Assembly: GCA_030704615.1 (NCBI GenBank)
Contig: CM060731.1
Span: 20,460,001 to 20,524,000 of the forward strand
Length of the DNA stretch: 64,000 nucleotides
Source: Takakia lepidozioides
Lineage: Eukaryota; Plantae; Bryophyta
Reading direction: 5' to 3'
A model generated the notes under the pieces. The model searched no databases. It saw only the letters and a list, made by a program, of their open reading frames with translations, and was not told the origin of the DNA. The position numbers and the translations under genes were made by a program. Positions within the stretch are counted from its first letter, which is position 1. Each line of letters starts with the position of its first letter. Shown here in pieces: positions 23,124-35,295 of the stretch.

Positions 23124-25238
23124 ATGCCGACTATCTTGCTTCGAGCCGGCATCACTGGAAGTCTGTGCAGTGAGCTCCTTACAACAGGCGCCTGCGAGCT
23201 GCAACAGTCGAGTAGGAGCTGTTTGGGCGGTCATGGATTGCATGCGAAGCGTCTTCTATCAATGAAATCACGCAGATGCCCAGTAAGGGGAAGGGGGGGA
23301 GCAAAAGTGGTAAACGTGAGGGCGAAAATCAACTATGGAGGCCACCTCACCAAGGAGCGCAGCGAAGTGAGTTTGGAGTCCACTGGTGTTGTCACTGATT
23401 CCGGGCGTTCGTTTCTGTCAACCGAGCAGAAAGTGTTCGATGTGGTTGCCAAGCAAGTGGCCATGGCGGCCAAAACTGTACGCAGCCGGCAGGATGTGAG
23501 GCCTCCTGACTCCCCTGCACAGGAGCTGCTGGACGAGGCTTACAGTCGTTGTGGGGAGGTTTGCGCTGAGTATGCGAAGACTTTCTATCTCGGTCAGCTT
23601 GCCTCTTACTTGCGTTTCTGTAGAGATCTTATCGGCACTGATCCCTATTCAGATTCATCAATTCAATTTGGGTTCTTAAGTCCGATCTGCGTTCCCCATC
23701 CCTCTGATATTCATGAACAAGTAACAACTAGCTCTCACAGTATACGACATGTGGACTCACTCACTTTCTCTTTCTCAGGAACTAAGCTTATGACTCCCGA
23801 GAGGCAACGAGCTATTTGGGCTATCTACGGTACGCGGGATCACCCTGTGCCTCCTTCCTGCATCTCTTTTCTTCTAGATTCATTCAGCTGCAGCGCGATA
23901 GGAACATACTGTAGGAGCTCCATCAGACCAGCTGACCGTGTATTGAGTGTGCGCGGGGTAGCTGTGCAGTCTGGTGCAGGAGAACAGATGAGCTTGTGGA
24001 TGGGCCTAACGCGCCCCGCATCACCCCCACGGCTCTGGACCGTTGGGAGACCAGGCTGGAGGATATTTTCCGACATCAGCCCTTTGACATGCTGGATGCT
24101 GCTCTCGCTGACACTATCAACAACTTCCCTATTGACATTCAGGTAGCTCCCGGGGTGGTCGAGGAAGCATCGTGCTAAATATCTATCAAGAAATGTTCAA
24201 TCTCTTTTGCAGGCCTGGACACTCTCATCAGATTCGCAAACTCGCTAGCTATAATAACTCTTGAAAATTAGTTGCAAACTGCCTAGTGATGGATGGATCG
24301 GATTGTAATCCACTGCTTACAGGCTGCAAGACTGAGAGGGTGTTGTGGTGGTTGTTGGTTGAAGCCATTCAGAGACATGATCGATGGCATGCGGATGGAC
24401 TTGGTGAAGTCCCGATATGCAAACTTTGATGAGCTCTACTTGTACTGCTACAATGTGGCAGGCACTGTGGGCCTGATGAGCGTGCCTGTCATGGGCATTT
24501 CTCCTGAGTCCAAGACGAGCACTCACAGCGTGTACAATGCGGCTTTGGCTCTTGGCATTGCGAATCAACTCACCAACATCTTACGTGATGTTGGAGAAGA
24601 GTAACCCTTCTAGCTTCTTCGCACATTGTAGTCAGATCGCCATTTACTGAAATACCCACTGTAGAACTTGTTCTGTTTTGTGGCATCAGCTAAATAGACA
24701 TCTGGTGGGGCTGCAGTGCACGACGCAGAAGGGTATACCTGCCACAAGACGAGCTTGCCCGCTTTGGATTGTCGGACAAAGACATCTTCGCAGGGATTGT
24801 CACAGACAAGTGGAGGGCCTTCATGAAGGAGCAAATAAAGAGAGCACGAAATTTCTTTGTGGAAGCTGAGAAGGGAGTGCTGGAGCTCGACAATGACAGC
24901 CGTTGGCCGGTATGTGACTCTCCTGGAAACTCTTCCTCATTGCCAACCTTCATCGTGTTGCGGATCAAATATGATTCTAGACCGTGTCTCGACTGTGTAT
25001 GCAAGTGTGTGCGTTCTTGCCTGGCTGAATGCGAGTAAAATCGTGGGTGCAGGTGTGGGCATCGCTGACCCTGTATCAACAGATTTTGGATTCCATTGAA
25101 GCAAATGACTACGACAATTTCACCAAGAGAGCTTATGTGGGCCAATGGAAGAAGATGATGTCTCTTCCTCTTGCATACAACCGTGCCATGCTGCCACCCC
25201 CGTCAACTGCACCCAAGGTGCTGTTGAGCTCTGCATGA
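23124..25238 (+). CDS. PSY: Phytoene synthase; exons 23124-23592, 23779-23829, 23970-24142, 24365-24600, 24717-24909, 25053-25238
   Basis: [66 protein letters not shown]; GT-AG introns keep the frame; transit-peptide-like N-terminus. Confidence 0.95.
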
Positions 25239-28200
25239 CTGTAAACTATGAACTTGGAAGTGTGTTACATGTGTGACATGTAACAGCCATCACAGAGAGA
25301 AGGGTAGGTGGCGAGCCATACTTGACTTGTAAAGATGCCCACAAAAGTAACTACATTCCTTGCTGGTATCTGCCATCATATCTGTTAGCAGATGATTATC
25401 ATGTGCTCACTGCTTAAAACAGGTGCCTGCCAGTGAGTCCACTAGGTTCTAGACTGCCTCTAATCATGATGTTTGTTGTGAGATAATACAACATCAGACC
25501 ATTCTTGTTCTCGTTTTCCTCTCATAGGCATCCCTGGTGGTGAGAAGTATGTGCGACAATGAATTGCTGAACTCTGCAATACATTTTCAGTGACAAACCA
25601 CATTCAAAGAGGGCATTAGGTTCATCAGCTGGAGTTCAGATGTCTCAAATCTTCTGAGGTACTTTTATTGAATCCGGATTTGGTTATGGCAACCATATGC
25701 CAAACCAACCATGCCAGTCGTTACTTCAGAATTATAAATCACTTGGGTTTATCCCAAGAGGCTAAGAATGTCCTTACATATCAGCAGCCTAATGGAAGGG
25801 CCCGTTACATTGCATCAACGTAGTCATTGTCCCGGATCAGAAAGCCCACTTAGTATGCAACCCTTGGGTTAACCAGACAGCAACATATTATGTTAGAGAT
25901 AAAACATGTGGATACATACCCTGACTTGGATGTACATACCCTGGCTGACCCCCTGACTTCACAAGACTGAACTTTGTATAAATTATGAAGCATAGCAGTC
26001 CAATCTGTTTGCTCTCCTGAAATAAGTCTCCTTCCACCACCACTATCATCATAGCCCTCCCATTCATGTATGTTATGTTACTCCCACCAAAGCAAAGACT
26101 TCCTTAATGTGGGGAGGGCAGAACAATGCCCACAGAAGCTGTATCCTACAAGCCCAGGTGCTCGAAGAAATACAAAACACAAGTATCTGGGATTTGTTGT
26201 ACAAAATGGACCTTCAATTTTGCTCACTGTCCCCATTTTCTAGTTGCATCTCACTGAAAAGATAAGTAGCTACGTCAACATTAGATCGGTGTATTAATGG
26301 AGGGCTGTTTACAGTCTCTCGCTATGACGTCCTCGGCAAATGCAGCCATAGCATGTGCTAGCTCATCCACAGCTGGAACGGTGGTACGCTAGTTGATTTC
26401 CTCACAGAACTGAGGTCGGTGACAATACCAGCGTTTCACTTCCTCAAAAAAAGAGCTGATTGAAGCCTACAAGATCCAGTGAGTATGTTACGCATTTGTG
26501 ATTCTATTGGTGTTGCGATCTTGGCGAAGAATTTGCTAGTTTCTCTTTTTGCAGCTCTTGCTGAGCCCTTGCTATTGTATAGACTTGTGTCATGGTGTGA
26601 TTGCAGTGTACCATCCAGCTTGCAGCAGCATGACAGCCAGAGCCGCAGCCTGATCCATAATGTTCAAATCTTTAGCAAGTAGCTCCAGCTCCATCTGTAT
26701 AATTTATTTATGAGGGGAAGATAGACGGCATGTTTGATCCAAACCCTTCCATAGCGTGATCTCTCTCCAGATATCCTGAACCATCTGGGTCTGTGACTAT
26801 AACCAGCAACGCTGAATTTGGGGTGCTTGGCCATTTGGTCACACCCATGGTTGGACTGGCTGATCGGAGTGCCAGTGTCATGCACTAACTCACGAAATTC
26901 CCCATCCTCAGTATAGTTGGCATGGGTGAAACTAGCAAGACAACACTGGTGAAGGAGGCATACTAGCTCGTGAGGAATGAGGAACTCGAAGCATCTCGCT
27001 TCTTACGAGATGTGAGAGCAAGGGAACTTGCTGGGTCCAAAAGCCGCTGTTGTGGGACTTCCCATGACCATTCATCAGACAGATCCTCTTCTCTCCGTAA
27101 CAGCTTCAGCTCTAAATTGAGACCGCACTTACTACAGGTAACATACACAGAGACATTCTCCATATCACACTCTCCACAAAACACCAGTTACCTTCTTTTC
27201 GCCATGGTGTCGATCTGGATGCCATGTGAGTGCACACTGTCGAAACCTGTTAGTTGGACCCAGCCATCAAGTGGACCCTGCATTCTTGTCAGCATTGATA
27301 CCAGAAAGCTAAGAAGCGCCCCCAAAGTACTGTGGCTAAAAGCTAAGTTGTGTCAATACCTCATGAGAGTACCACAGTGAAAGGCTACCCATTCCTACAC
27401 TTTGTATCGAAGACGATTCTAAAGTCAGCGGTAGAGTAAGCTGCACACTTTTCGGACAATTTCAACTGTTGGTTACATTCACTAGCCAAAATTTGGTGTT
27501 CTGAGGCATAGATCTGGCGGCTACCCCAACAAACAAAATACAAACGTCAATGCAATGAGTGGGTACAGCTCTACTTCTTCAGCACATGAAGCAAATTTAT
27601 GTTGCTAAGTCTGGGGGTCCTAAATTTTGTCTCATTTGGGCTCCAGCTACTTTCGGTTGGACCAACTTCGGAGCCCTCATCACCAGCTTTCCTGGAGAGG
27701 GAAAATGTGCTGACCTATCAAACACGAAGACGTGTGTTCCCACCCAAGGCTTTTGTTAACTTACGCCAGTTTAAGATCGTCCAGTGTCAAAGGCCCTGCC
27801 GGTGATAGGCCGAGTGCTAATCTGTCCGTTGGGGACCCTATGTTCTGTTCACAACCACTTGCATTGCTTGCTGTGTGGGCCCCTGGGGTTGGTCCAGTTC
27901 GCTGGTAATTATCTCCAAAGATCCTCCAAGTATGGTTCCAAAATTGACGCTTGTACCTGGCATGTTCTGAGTTCCAATTGTCATGATTATAACATTTCTC
28001 TGAGCTCCCAGAGGAAAAGTCATCTGGACCCTGTTCACCAGATGTAGTTTTTCCATGACTCTTTTCTCCTTGCCTATCTGCAGGTCCCTCCCAGAGAAGC
28101 AAGCTCAGCCCCAAGGTGCTACAACACATTGTACACCCCTCCAAACTTTGACAATGGTGGGCTTACATAGCGTTTAAATTGTTCACTGTAATTGCAACAG

Positions 28201-28584
28201 GTTGTGGCTCAAAACTATCTCAGACTAAGCTGAAAGGGGGCAGAGGGGCAAAGGAGAATAAGAGGGAAGGAAAAGTGGGGACACTGCAAAAGGACTAGAT
28301 AATAAAATGGCTGTGACCTTGAATAAACTTGTACGACGAAATTCCCCAAACTGCCCCCACAAACTTGATCCACAGAAGGGTTATGGGTTGATATCCAATC
28401 ACAATGAGAGATGGCAGGACTCGGTCACACAGACAAGTTGACAGATATTGAGAAACGGAGGGCATTTGTTGAGTAAAGGTGGCAATCCCAAAGGATGTCC
28501 AGGAGTCCTGATAAAATAAACTCTCCCAACAGACATGCAGACAAGCACAATGAAGCACAAACACAAAGCCGAGAATGAACTGCT

Positions 28585-30861
28585 AACCCTTGTGATCCTT
28601 GCAAAAGCGTCTCCATTCTTTCTCAAAGCGTCGTGACCAGCTGAAGGTGTTGGAGGTGTGTGGTATCTCAGCACTGGCTGCTGCTTGCTGCCTACGTCTT
28701 TCTTGTACCTGCCCCACAGTTCCATTGCCACTACTTCAACAGTTTGTCTCCCTCATTGTAGCAATATTCTGATTTGACAAGGTCCATCTTGGAGCGTCCT
28801 AACAAGGTTCGAACACTGACATGACCAGATTGATTGTAAGGTTCTGAAAGTTAAGACTCTAATGGCGTAAGACTTCCTCCCGGCCACACCAGGTTTGATG
28901 CTGAAGGGTTGTCAGTGTTTCACCAGGCCCTCATAAAGTGCTGACAGGTAGCTTACTGGAAGGAAAGACAATGTGGCCTAGTCACAGCAACTATTGGTCA
29001 TGTTCAGTCACAAAACATATCACTACATTCAGAAGGGATGGACTCTGCGAAACTGTTGCAAGGTATGCATATTTCTTTGCTGACTAGTCACCTGGCTGGT
29101 GGCTCGATAACTTCAATGTCTGGTTCATCTCTCCCTTCAACAAAGGGCAATCACACTACTAGAGCAAGCCTTCACCAATGGCACTGTCTCCCCTCATCTT
29201 GCCTTTTCATACCCCTCTCCCCAGTTCTGCATGAGGTGGACATCACATCCAGACATGACCGCAACAGACTCATTCGGAGAGAGCTTATGGAATTACATGT
29301 CAAGAGAACTTGGATGCTACCCAATCTCACGACAAAGCTCCACTTCTATCGAGAGACATTCTTGGTGCTCCGCGATGATAGAATCTTGAGACCAAATTAC
29401 CTTTCAGCACCCTTATCTCCTTCCCTCTTGAGGGCATTGGGGCGGTTCAGGGTGGGTTCCCACAACCTACGGATAGAGACTGGCAGATGGGAAAACCTGC
29501 AACGGGAGGACCGCCTATGTCCAGCTTGCATAGGGCGCAGCAAGGAAATTGAAACTGAAGAACACTTCTTCTTCTACTGCCCTCTATACTACAAGATCCG
29601 TGGGAGATTCCACTGTTTATTCAGTGGAACCCAAACTCTCACTGATGTCTTTCACTATGAGGATAAAAAATGCTCTACCTACACGAGGCCGTCACCCTTA
29701 GACAATCGCTAGAACATTAATTGTGGTTTCTGGATTTGTTCCTCTCTCATGTTTTCTTCCATTTTGTCCCATAAGCTCTACGAGTTTTCCGCGGACGTTA
29801 TAAAGCACCATTTCATTTCATTCATGTCCAAACTTGCTTGTGACAAGCACGAGCCCATCCTGAGTGTCCCCTCTGATGCTATGTCTGACATAAGTTTTGT
29901 TTCTAAGTAAGGAGCAGCAGCCACCTCCAGTGGGTAGAATCCAACACACCTCCCTGTAATCATCGCCATTCATCTGTAAAGACCGCCATTTGAGCAACGA
30001 TCGCTTATCAGCTGCCCTCTTTTGTCTCTTTGCATATTTGTTGTTCCGCTGCAGACCATAGCAGAAACAGATTACCGTGATTCGTTGGCTTCTTAACAAG
30101 CTCTTGGCATATTGCAAACAGCAACATGGAAAATGCTGTGGCCTAAATGGCTTCAATAAGACACAAGCTTAAAACCACAGCAATGCCGGATCTACATGTG
30201 ATTTGGAATCTGTGATTCGACCATTACAGTGGTCAAAGTACTTGGATATTGAAGCATTGAATGGAAACTACCTTGCGGCAAGAGTCGGCATCCATGTAAC
30301 CATACACGTTCTGCACAAATTACACACTCTGTAATCCTCTTGTCAACCATTTGCTCTGCGTTTACATGCAGTTTCCACTTCTCACAATAGAACTTGGATG
30401 ACCACCCACAATTTCGAAACAGAGATACTAACACTTAACAAGCATACGAATACCACCAAGACACGAATGTTCTTCAATTGACACCCTGTGAACATTCATT
30501 TCCATTGTCTCTATCTTGAACTGGCACAAACCTGGCTCTGATGTTCGTGCGTGAATGGGGAATTTCTATGCAGCTGAACAATGTAGATCTGATCCAAGCC
30601 AACTGAACATAAAGACCTTCGACCACAGATTAGAAACGTATGCATGCAATCTGTTGTAAGAACTGAAAACCTCCCACCCCAAAAATGCATCTCTATAATG
30701 CCTAGCTAATTGCAGGATTCAAGTCCAAGTACCGTTTTCCACTTGTTGTCCCACTTCTCGTGACAGGAAGCAGTCCTATGCAGCAACGCAGCACGCACTC
30801 CCAACCCCGTCCACAGTGGGGCGCCTTCAGCCGCCAAGCGCCGGACCGTAACAGCCGCCAT
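28585..30861 (-). pseudogene. N-terminal exons of an organelle-targeted protein resembling plant DnaJ-domain family members (J domain not seen)
   Basis: Exon MAAVTVRRL...LLHRTASCHEKWDNKWKT (donor at 30732), exon RNNKYAKRQKRAADKRSLLKW (~29950-30050) and an exon at ~28590-28740. Family resemblance is from memory only. Confidence 0.4.
29090..29712 (+). mobile_element. LINE ORF2 3' end fragment (different family)
   Basis: ALGRFRVGSHNLRIETGRW...RLCPAC...ETEEHFFFYCPLY C-terminal zinc motif. Confidence 0.75.
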
Positions 30862-31123
30862 GCGGCCCCTCTGATCGGACAAGCCCCTCACTCTAATAAA
30901 CCCAGAAACTAAGTAATCATTCACACTACAGCCCACTGTCCACTGTGCACATTCTGAACAAAAATGAAAAGAGTTCTCGCATTAGCGGCCAGTACTCAGT
31001 CCCCATCACTTCCACTCATCATCATGGAATGTTGTGGTCCTAGAGAGCGAACACTAAAGTTATTCCTTTCTATATGTAGTGGTCTAGGAGACCCGTCCAG
31101 CCGGTTCTGGATGCCCTGTGACG

Positions 31124-31500
31124 TCAAGAACATGTGTATCGAAATATCTCTTCTACTTTCCAATGGGTTTGTCCTGGATTTGAAAGAAATTGTGAGACCA
31201 CTCCCACCGAACGGGCAATGTCTGCCCTAGTACAAACCATGCAATACATCAAACTGCAGACTGCGCTTTGATAAGGAGTTTTCCTCATATCCTCTTGCTC
31301 TTCTTGAGTCTTAGGTGTCATATCCTTCGTAAGTTTCTAACCAACTTCAAGAGGAGTTGATGTTGGCTTACTCGTCTCCAACTTAAACCTTTGTGGAATG
31401 GTCTCAATGTATTGAATACCACGATATAACCAAATTTCACCCATGTTAGTCATGGCAAACTCGGCACTCAACAGTGCTTTGGTTTCTACTACTCCCTCCA
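31124..31500 (-). mobile_element. Ty1/Copia reverse transcriptase fragment
   Basis: LSAEFAMTNMGEI...KPTSTPLE and PYQSAVCSLMYCMVCTRADIARSVGVVSQFLSNPGQTHWK. Confidence 0.85.
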
Positions 31501-31797
31501 CCCTTGACAAACCCAACAAAGCCCACTGATAAAGATTATTCCCTGCTTCCCAACAGCGGCCACAGAGAGAAAGAATGTTCCCTGCTTCATGGGAAATCCC
31601 AAGATGGAGAAAGGAAAACCCAAATGGCACTGATGCTGCAGGATTCCCAGAGATGCCAAACGGCAGGGGTCTGTCCATCAAAATTGTCCAACCTCCATCC
31701 ATCCAAGGTTTTGCTTTATACTATCCAGGTCCTGAGAGGAGAGAGGAGAGAGAGAGCCCAGAGAGGGGTGGGTTTGGAGGTAGAGGAGAGGGGGATA

Positions 31798-32477
31798 ATG
31801 GCGACCATGGCTGCCTCAGCGCAAGGGACGTCGTCGTCGAACTCAGAGTGCTGTTCTAATTCTGGGTTTGGGTGGTGGAGCTTCTCCAAGGCTTGAAGAT
31901 GGAAGTGAATACGAATTCCGTCATTCGAGGGGCTACGCATTCAGAAGGGTTCGGTAAAGGTGGTGCCTTCGAGTAGCAGCAGCATTGGCAGCGGATACGA
32001 GAGGTTGGAAGTAGTTGCGAATAAGAGTGCAAAAAGAGACGGCAGATTGTGTTAACGCAGGACGTGACATACTTGGGGAAGACTGGGGAACTGCTAAGTG
32101 CGAAGCCGGGATACTTCCGCAACTACCTGATGGCAAAGCTAAGGTTGCTACAACTGAGCTTCTCAAATCCATTAGATTGGAAGAGGAGAAGAAGGAGGCT
32201 GAGAAGCGGAAGATAAAGGAAGACGCAGAGGGCATTGCCAGAATGTTCCAAACCATTGGTCAATGTCAGGCGCAAGGGCGGGCAGGGGGGCAAACAAATT
32301 TTTGGATCAGTCACTACTCAAGATATCGTGGACATCATCAAAGCTAATACTATGAAGGAGATTGACAAAAGGATAGTGACATTACTAGAGATACGGGAGG
32401 TCGGCCAGTACATTGCAGAGATCAAGCTCCATCCCAAAGTACTAGCTCAAGTGAAAATCAATGTGATTGGCAAGTAA
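31798..32477 (+). pseudogene. RPL9: Intronless (processed-like) pseudogene of plastid ribosomal protein L9
   Basis: Across frames: [61 protein letters not shown]; stops and frameshifts, no introns. Confidence 0.85.
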
Positions 32478-33321
32478 AGATTATTTCAAAGTATCCACTT
32501 CAGTCTGACCTGGTGCTTCTTTCTTCTTCTTCGATAAAAGCACTCAGCATTGTAGCAAAACCAATTCAATTCGTTTGCTGGTTTGGAGTAGGCTGCTTAA
32601 TTATCTTCAATTTGGAAGCACTGTCTACCTGCAAGCTAGAAAATGGGGGAAGTGCCTCGCATTGCCACTGTGCAACGTCAGCCGGGCTATGACACTCTTA
32701 ATCTATGCCTTTTCTGTTGGTTATGTCCAAGTTGTTCTCCCCAGCAAGCCTGTGGGGCTCTGTTGAATTCAGCGATGCACTGTCAATCACCCTGGACGAG
32801 GGTTTTTGTTCTCCATTTACGGGAATGTAATTTGGTGGCAAGGGAAGGAATTTCCATCCAAAAGAGTCTGTTGCATTCTTCACCGTCTGAGACTGTGGCT
32901 CTTGTTTCTTACAGTAGGGAGAATACTGAAAACACACATTGTGTTGAAGCTCTCAGTGGCATGGCTTTACTCCCACACACACAGAGACAGACTCATACTT
33001 GAGCGTGCTTTGACTTTCAGGTTGTGGTAAAATCAAAAAATCTGGGAGGGATGATGTTGTCTTGCACAGTGCTAGTTGTCTTAGTTTTTAGCTTGATCAT
33101 GTACATGCAAATGGAAAACATAGAATGAGCGGAATGGTAGAGACCATCCTGTGTGGACGGTGCAGGGAGAAGGGGGTTTATAGGTGGAGGAAAGGAAGGA
33201 TTTAGGGCCTACATGTCCTTCCCAGAGCTGGCACACAAGGGTTCCTTTCTCCAACCTCACTTAAGCCCCTGTTCAAAGTAGGCAGGTGTGTGTGTGAGAG
33301 ATAGAGAGATGGAGAGAGAAT

Positions 33322-33830
33322 GTACTCATAAGACATTGTTTGCCGGAGCCTTGTGGCCATACATCCTGCGACCAGTTTGGGCTGAACAAGAGGGAACAGA
33401 CACCACCTATGTGAGGGGCTCACTCCGATAGTGGTGCTTACCTTGGTATAAACAATTAGTTCGGGCTTTCCATTATCCTCCAGAAAGCCATTCACACAAG
33501 CATCAATCTGCTGTGTGTGAGCTGCCCAACAATTAGACCCCAACAGGGCTAGGCCTTTAGGCTCAGCCTTGAGATTTTCGAAGTTGGTGAACAGAGGTGC
33601 GGGAGTTGATGTTGAGAATCCCTGGGACAATGTATCAGAAAATGGATGTTATCTTCAGGCTGCCTGCACATGGTGCAATTACAATCTCCTTTTCCTCTCT
33701 GCATCTGTTACTGTTCAAAAGGGCTGAGAGAGAGTGAGTGAGCGAGATATACACAAGAAGGCAGTGATGCAAAATCTTAAGCTTTTCAACCATAAACCCT
33801 ACTAGATCTAGCCCTGCACAGTTCGCCATT
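33322..33830 (-). mobile_element. LINE 3' end, same family as 18888-19644
   Basis: LFTNFENLKAEPK...HTQQIDACVNGFLED and the same terminus CTTATGAGTACA. Confidence 0.8.
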
Positions 33831-34472
33831 CTTGGATGACTACCACACTTCTCCTGCACACCATAGATCCTTGACCCCAGAAGGTCTTAAGAAAATACAC
33901 AGAGATCCTGGTGACTGCTTGTCATGAGGTTTGTGTGGAAGCAGCCGAAGTCATCAGATGTCTTACACGGCAGCTGCATATAGAGCAGAATCTCCTATTA
34001 CAGGCAGACTTCGCTATTGCGATAGTTCATGTCCTGAGATCTGTCATAAGATGTACATAGTGCAAAGGGATGCTGGCAAGGTACTGGCCAGATTTCCAAG
34101 TTTCAGATGGTATTTGCATTGGAAGCTCATTCAGGTACTTTCCTGAGATCGTGGTGCATATCATCATTGTAGAGAAGCCAAAGTTCAGCACTTCTGTTTC
34201 TGAAAGCAGATTTGAGCAGCACAACAGTAAGTGTGAGCATGGTTATTACTTTGGTTGTTCCTCCCTGTTTGCATTGTTGGATTGGGTCAGGGATCAGAGG
34301 AACTCAACCTAAGCAATTTGGTCCTTAAGAAAGGGCACTGAATTTTAGAGTGATCTATTTCTTTATATTTTCAGTATCACAGGACATATTCAATGAAACA
34401 TTATTTACATGTATACTTCAGAGTGTTGTCCAAAGCACCTCGAGGGACATAGTTCAAGGAGTGACCCTCCCG

Positions 34473-35295
34473 TTATGTCCCAAGTGTCCCCAGTGTTGAT
34501 GCCATTATCACTTTGTGTAATAGGGCTTGAAATGGGCTCCGTGAACCTAAACCAACTTGCAGCCGGTGTATCTCTAGGTCAAGGCCCTTGATGACATAGT
34601 CCGTTATATTGTAAACACCGGTTCGTAGTAATTCTGCCCTCTGCTTTGACAGGCGGGCAATCTCGCCCTTGTTTGACATCGCAGATGATTCTATATCATA
34701 CCTTCTATGACCCATGACCTTCTTCTCAATATCCCTGGGTTCTAAGTGAAGGGAAGGGTCGTCCAAAGCTCCAGTTTTTCCTTTACTTTCTGGCTCCTGA
34801 ACTATACACACCTCAAGCAAACCTTTCTGCTTCTGTCCCACCTCAGCAAGAGGCTTCTCGGATGAAGCTTCAAGCCCAGTTCCAGGACTCTTACAGTGGT
34901 TATCTTGCAAGTCCTGAAAGACAAGTCTGTAACACCCCTTCCACCCACAGCTTCAGCATGTGTCAAAGTTTCAATCTGAGGATTTGTATGCCACTGACAT
35001 CAAGACCATCTTCACCCGGCTTCTCAGGAACACTTTGTAAGACAGGGGCTGGTGCTGCCTTCATAGCTCCGTTCTCATTCAGCTGGAGGTGCTCCAACTG
35101 CTCCTTCAGCTGCAGCAGCTCCAACCTATCCTGTCTCACTTTCTGTGCCTGGGACCGACTGGGCATCAAGCTGGTCCTGCAAGTGCACCACCAGCTTGGT
35201 TTCTGCCGCAGTATGCTCACGATGAAAGCTTGCCAGCTGCTTTGCCATCCTCAGCACCTACTTGCAACTCAAGCAGCTTTGGTATTGCAGACATG
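34473..35295 (-). pseudogene. CEP120-like centriolar protein C-terminal region (fragment, frameshifted)
   Basis: Coiled-coil RLELLQLKEQLEHLQ and IARLSKQRAELLRTGVYNITDYVIKGLDLEI, which resembles the CEP120 terminus (ERDTLMRTGVYNHEDRII.ELD). Confidence 0.6.

Noticed and set aside
26260-28150. Coding-like minus-strand stretch
   Set aside because: Many stops and no recognisable family; cannot be assigned.
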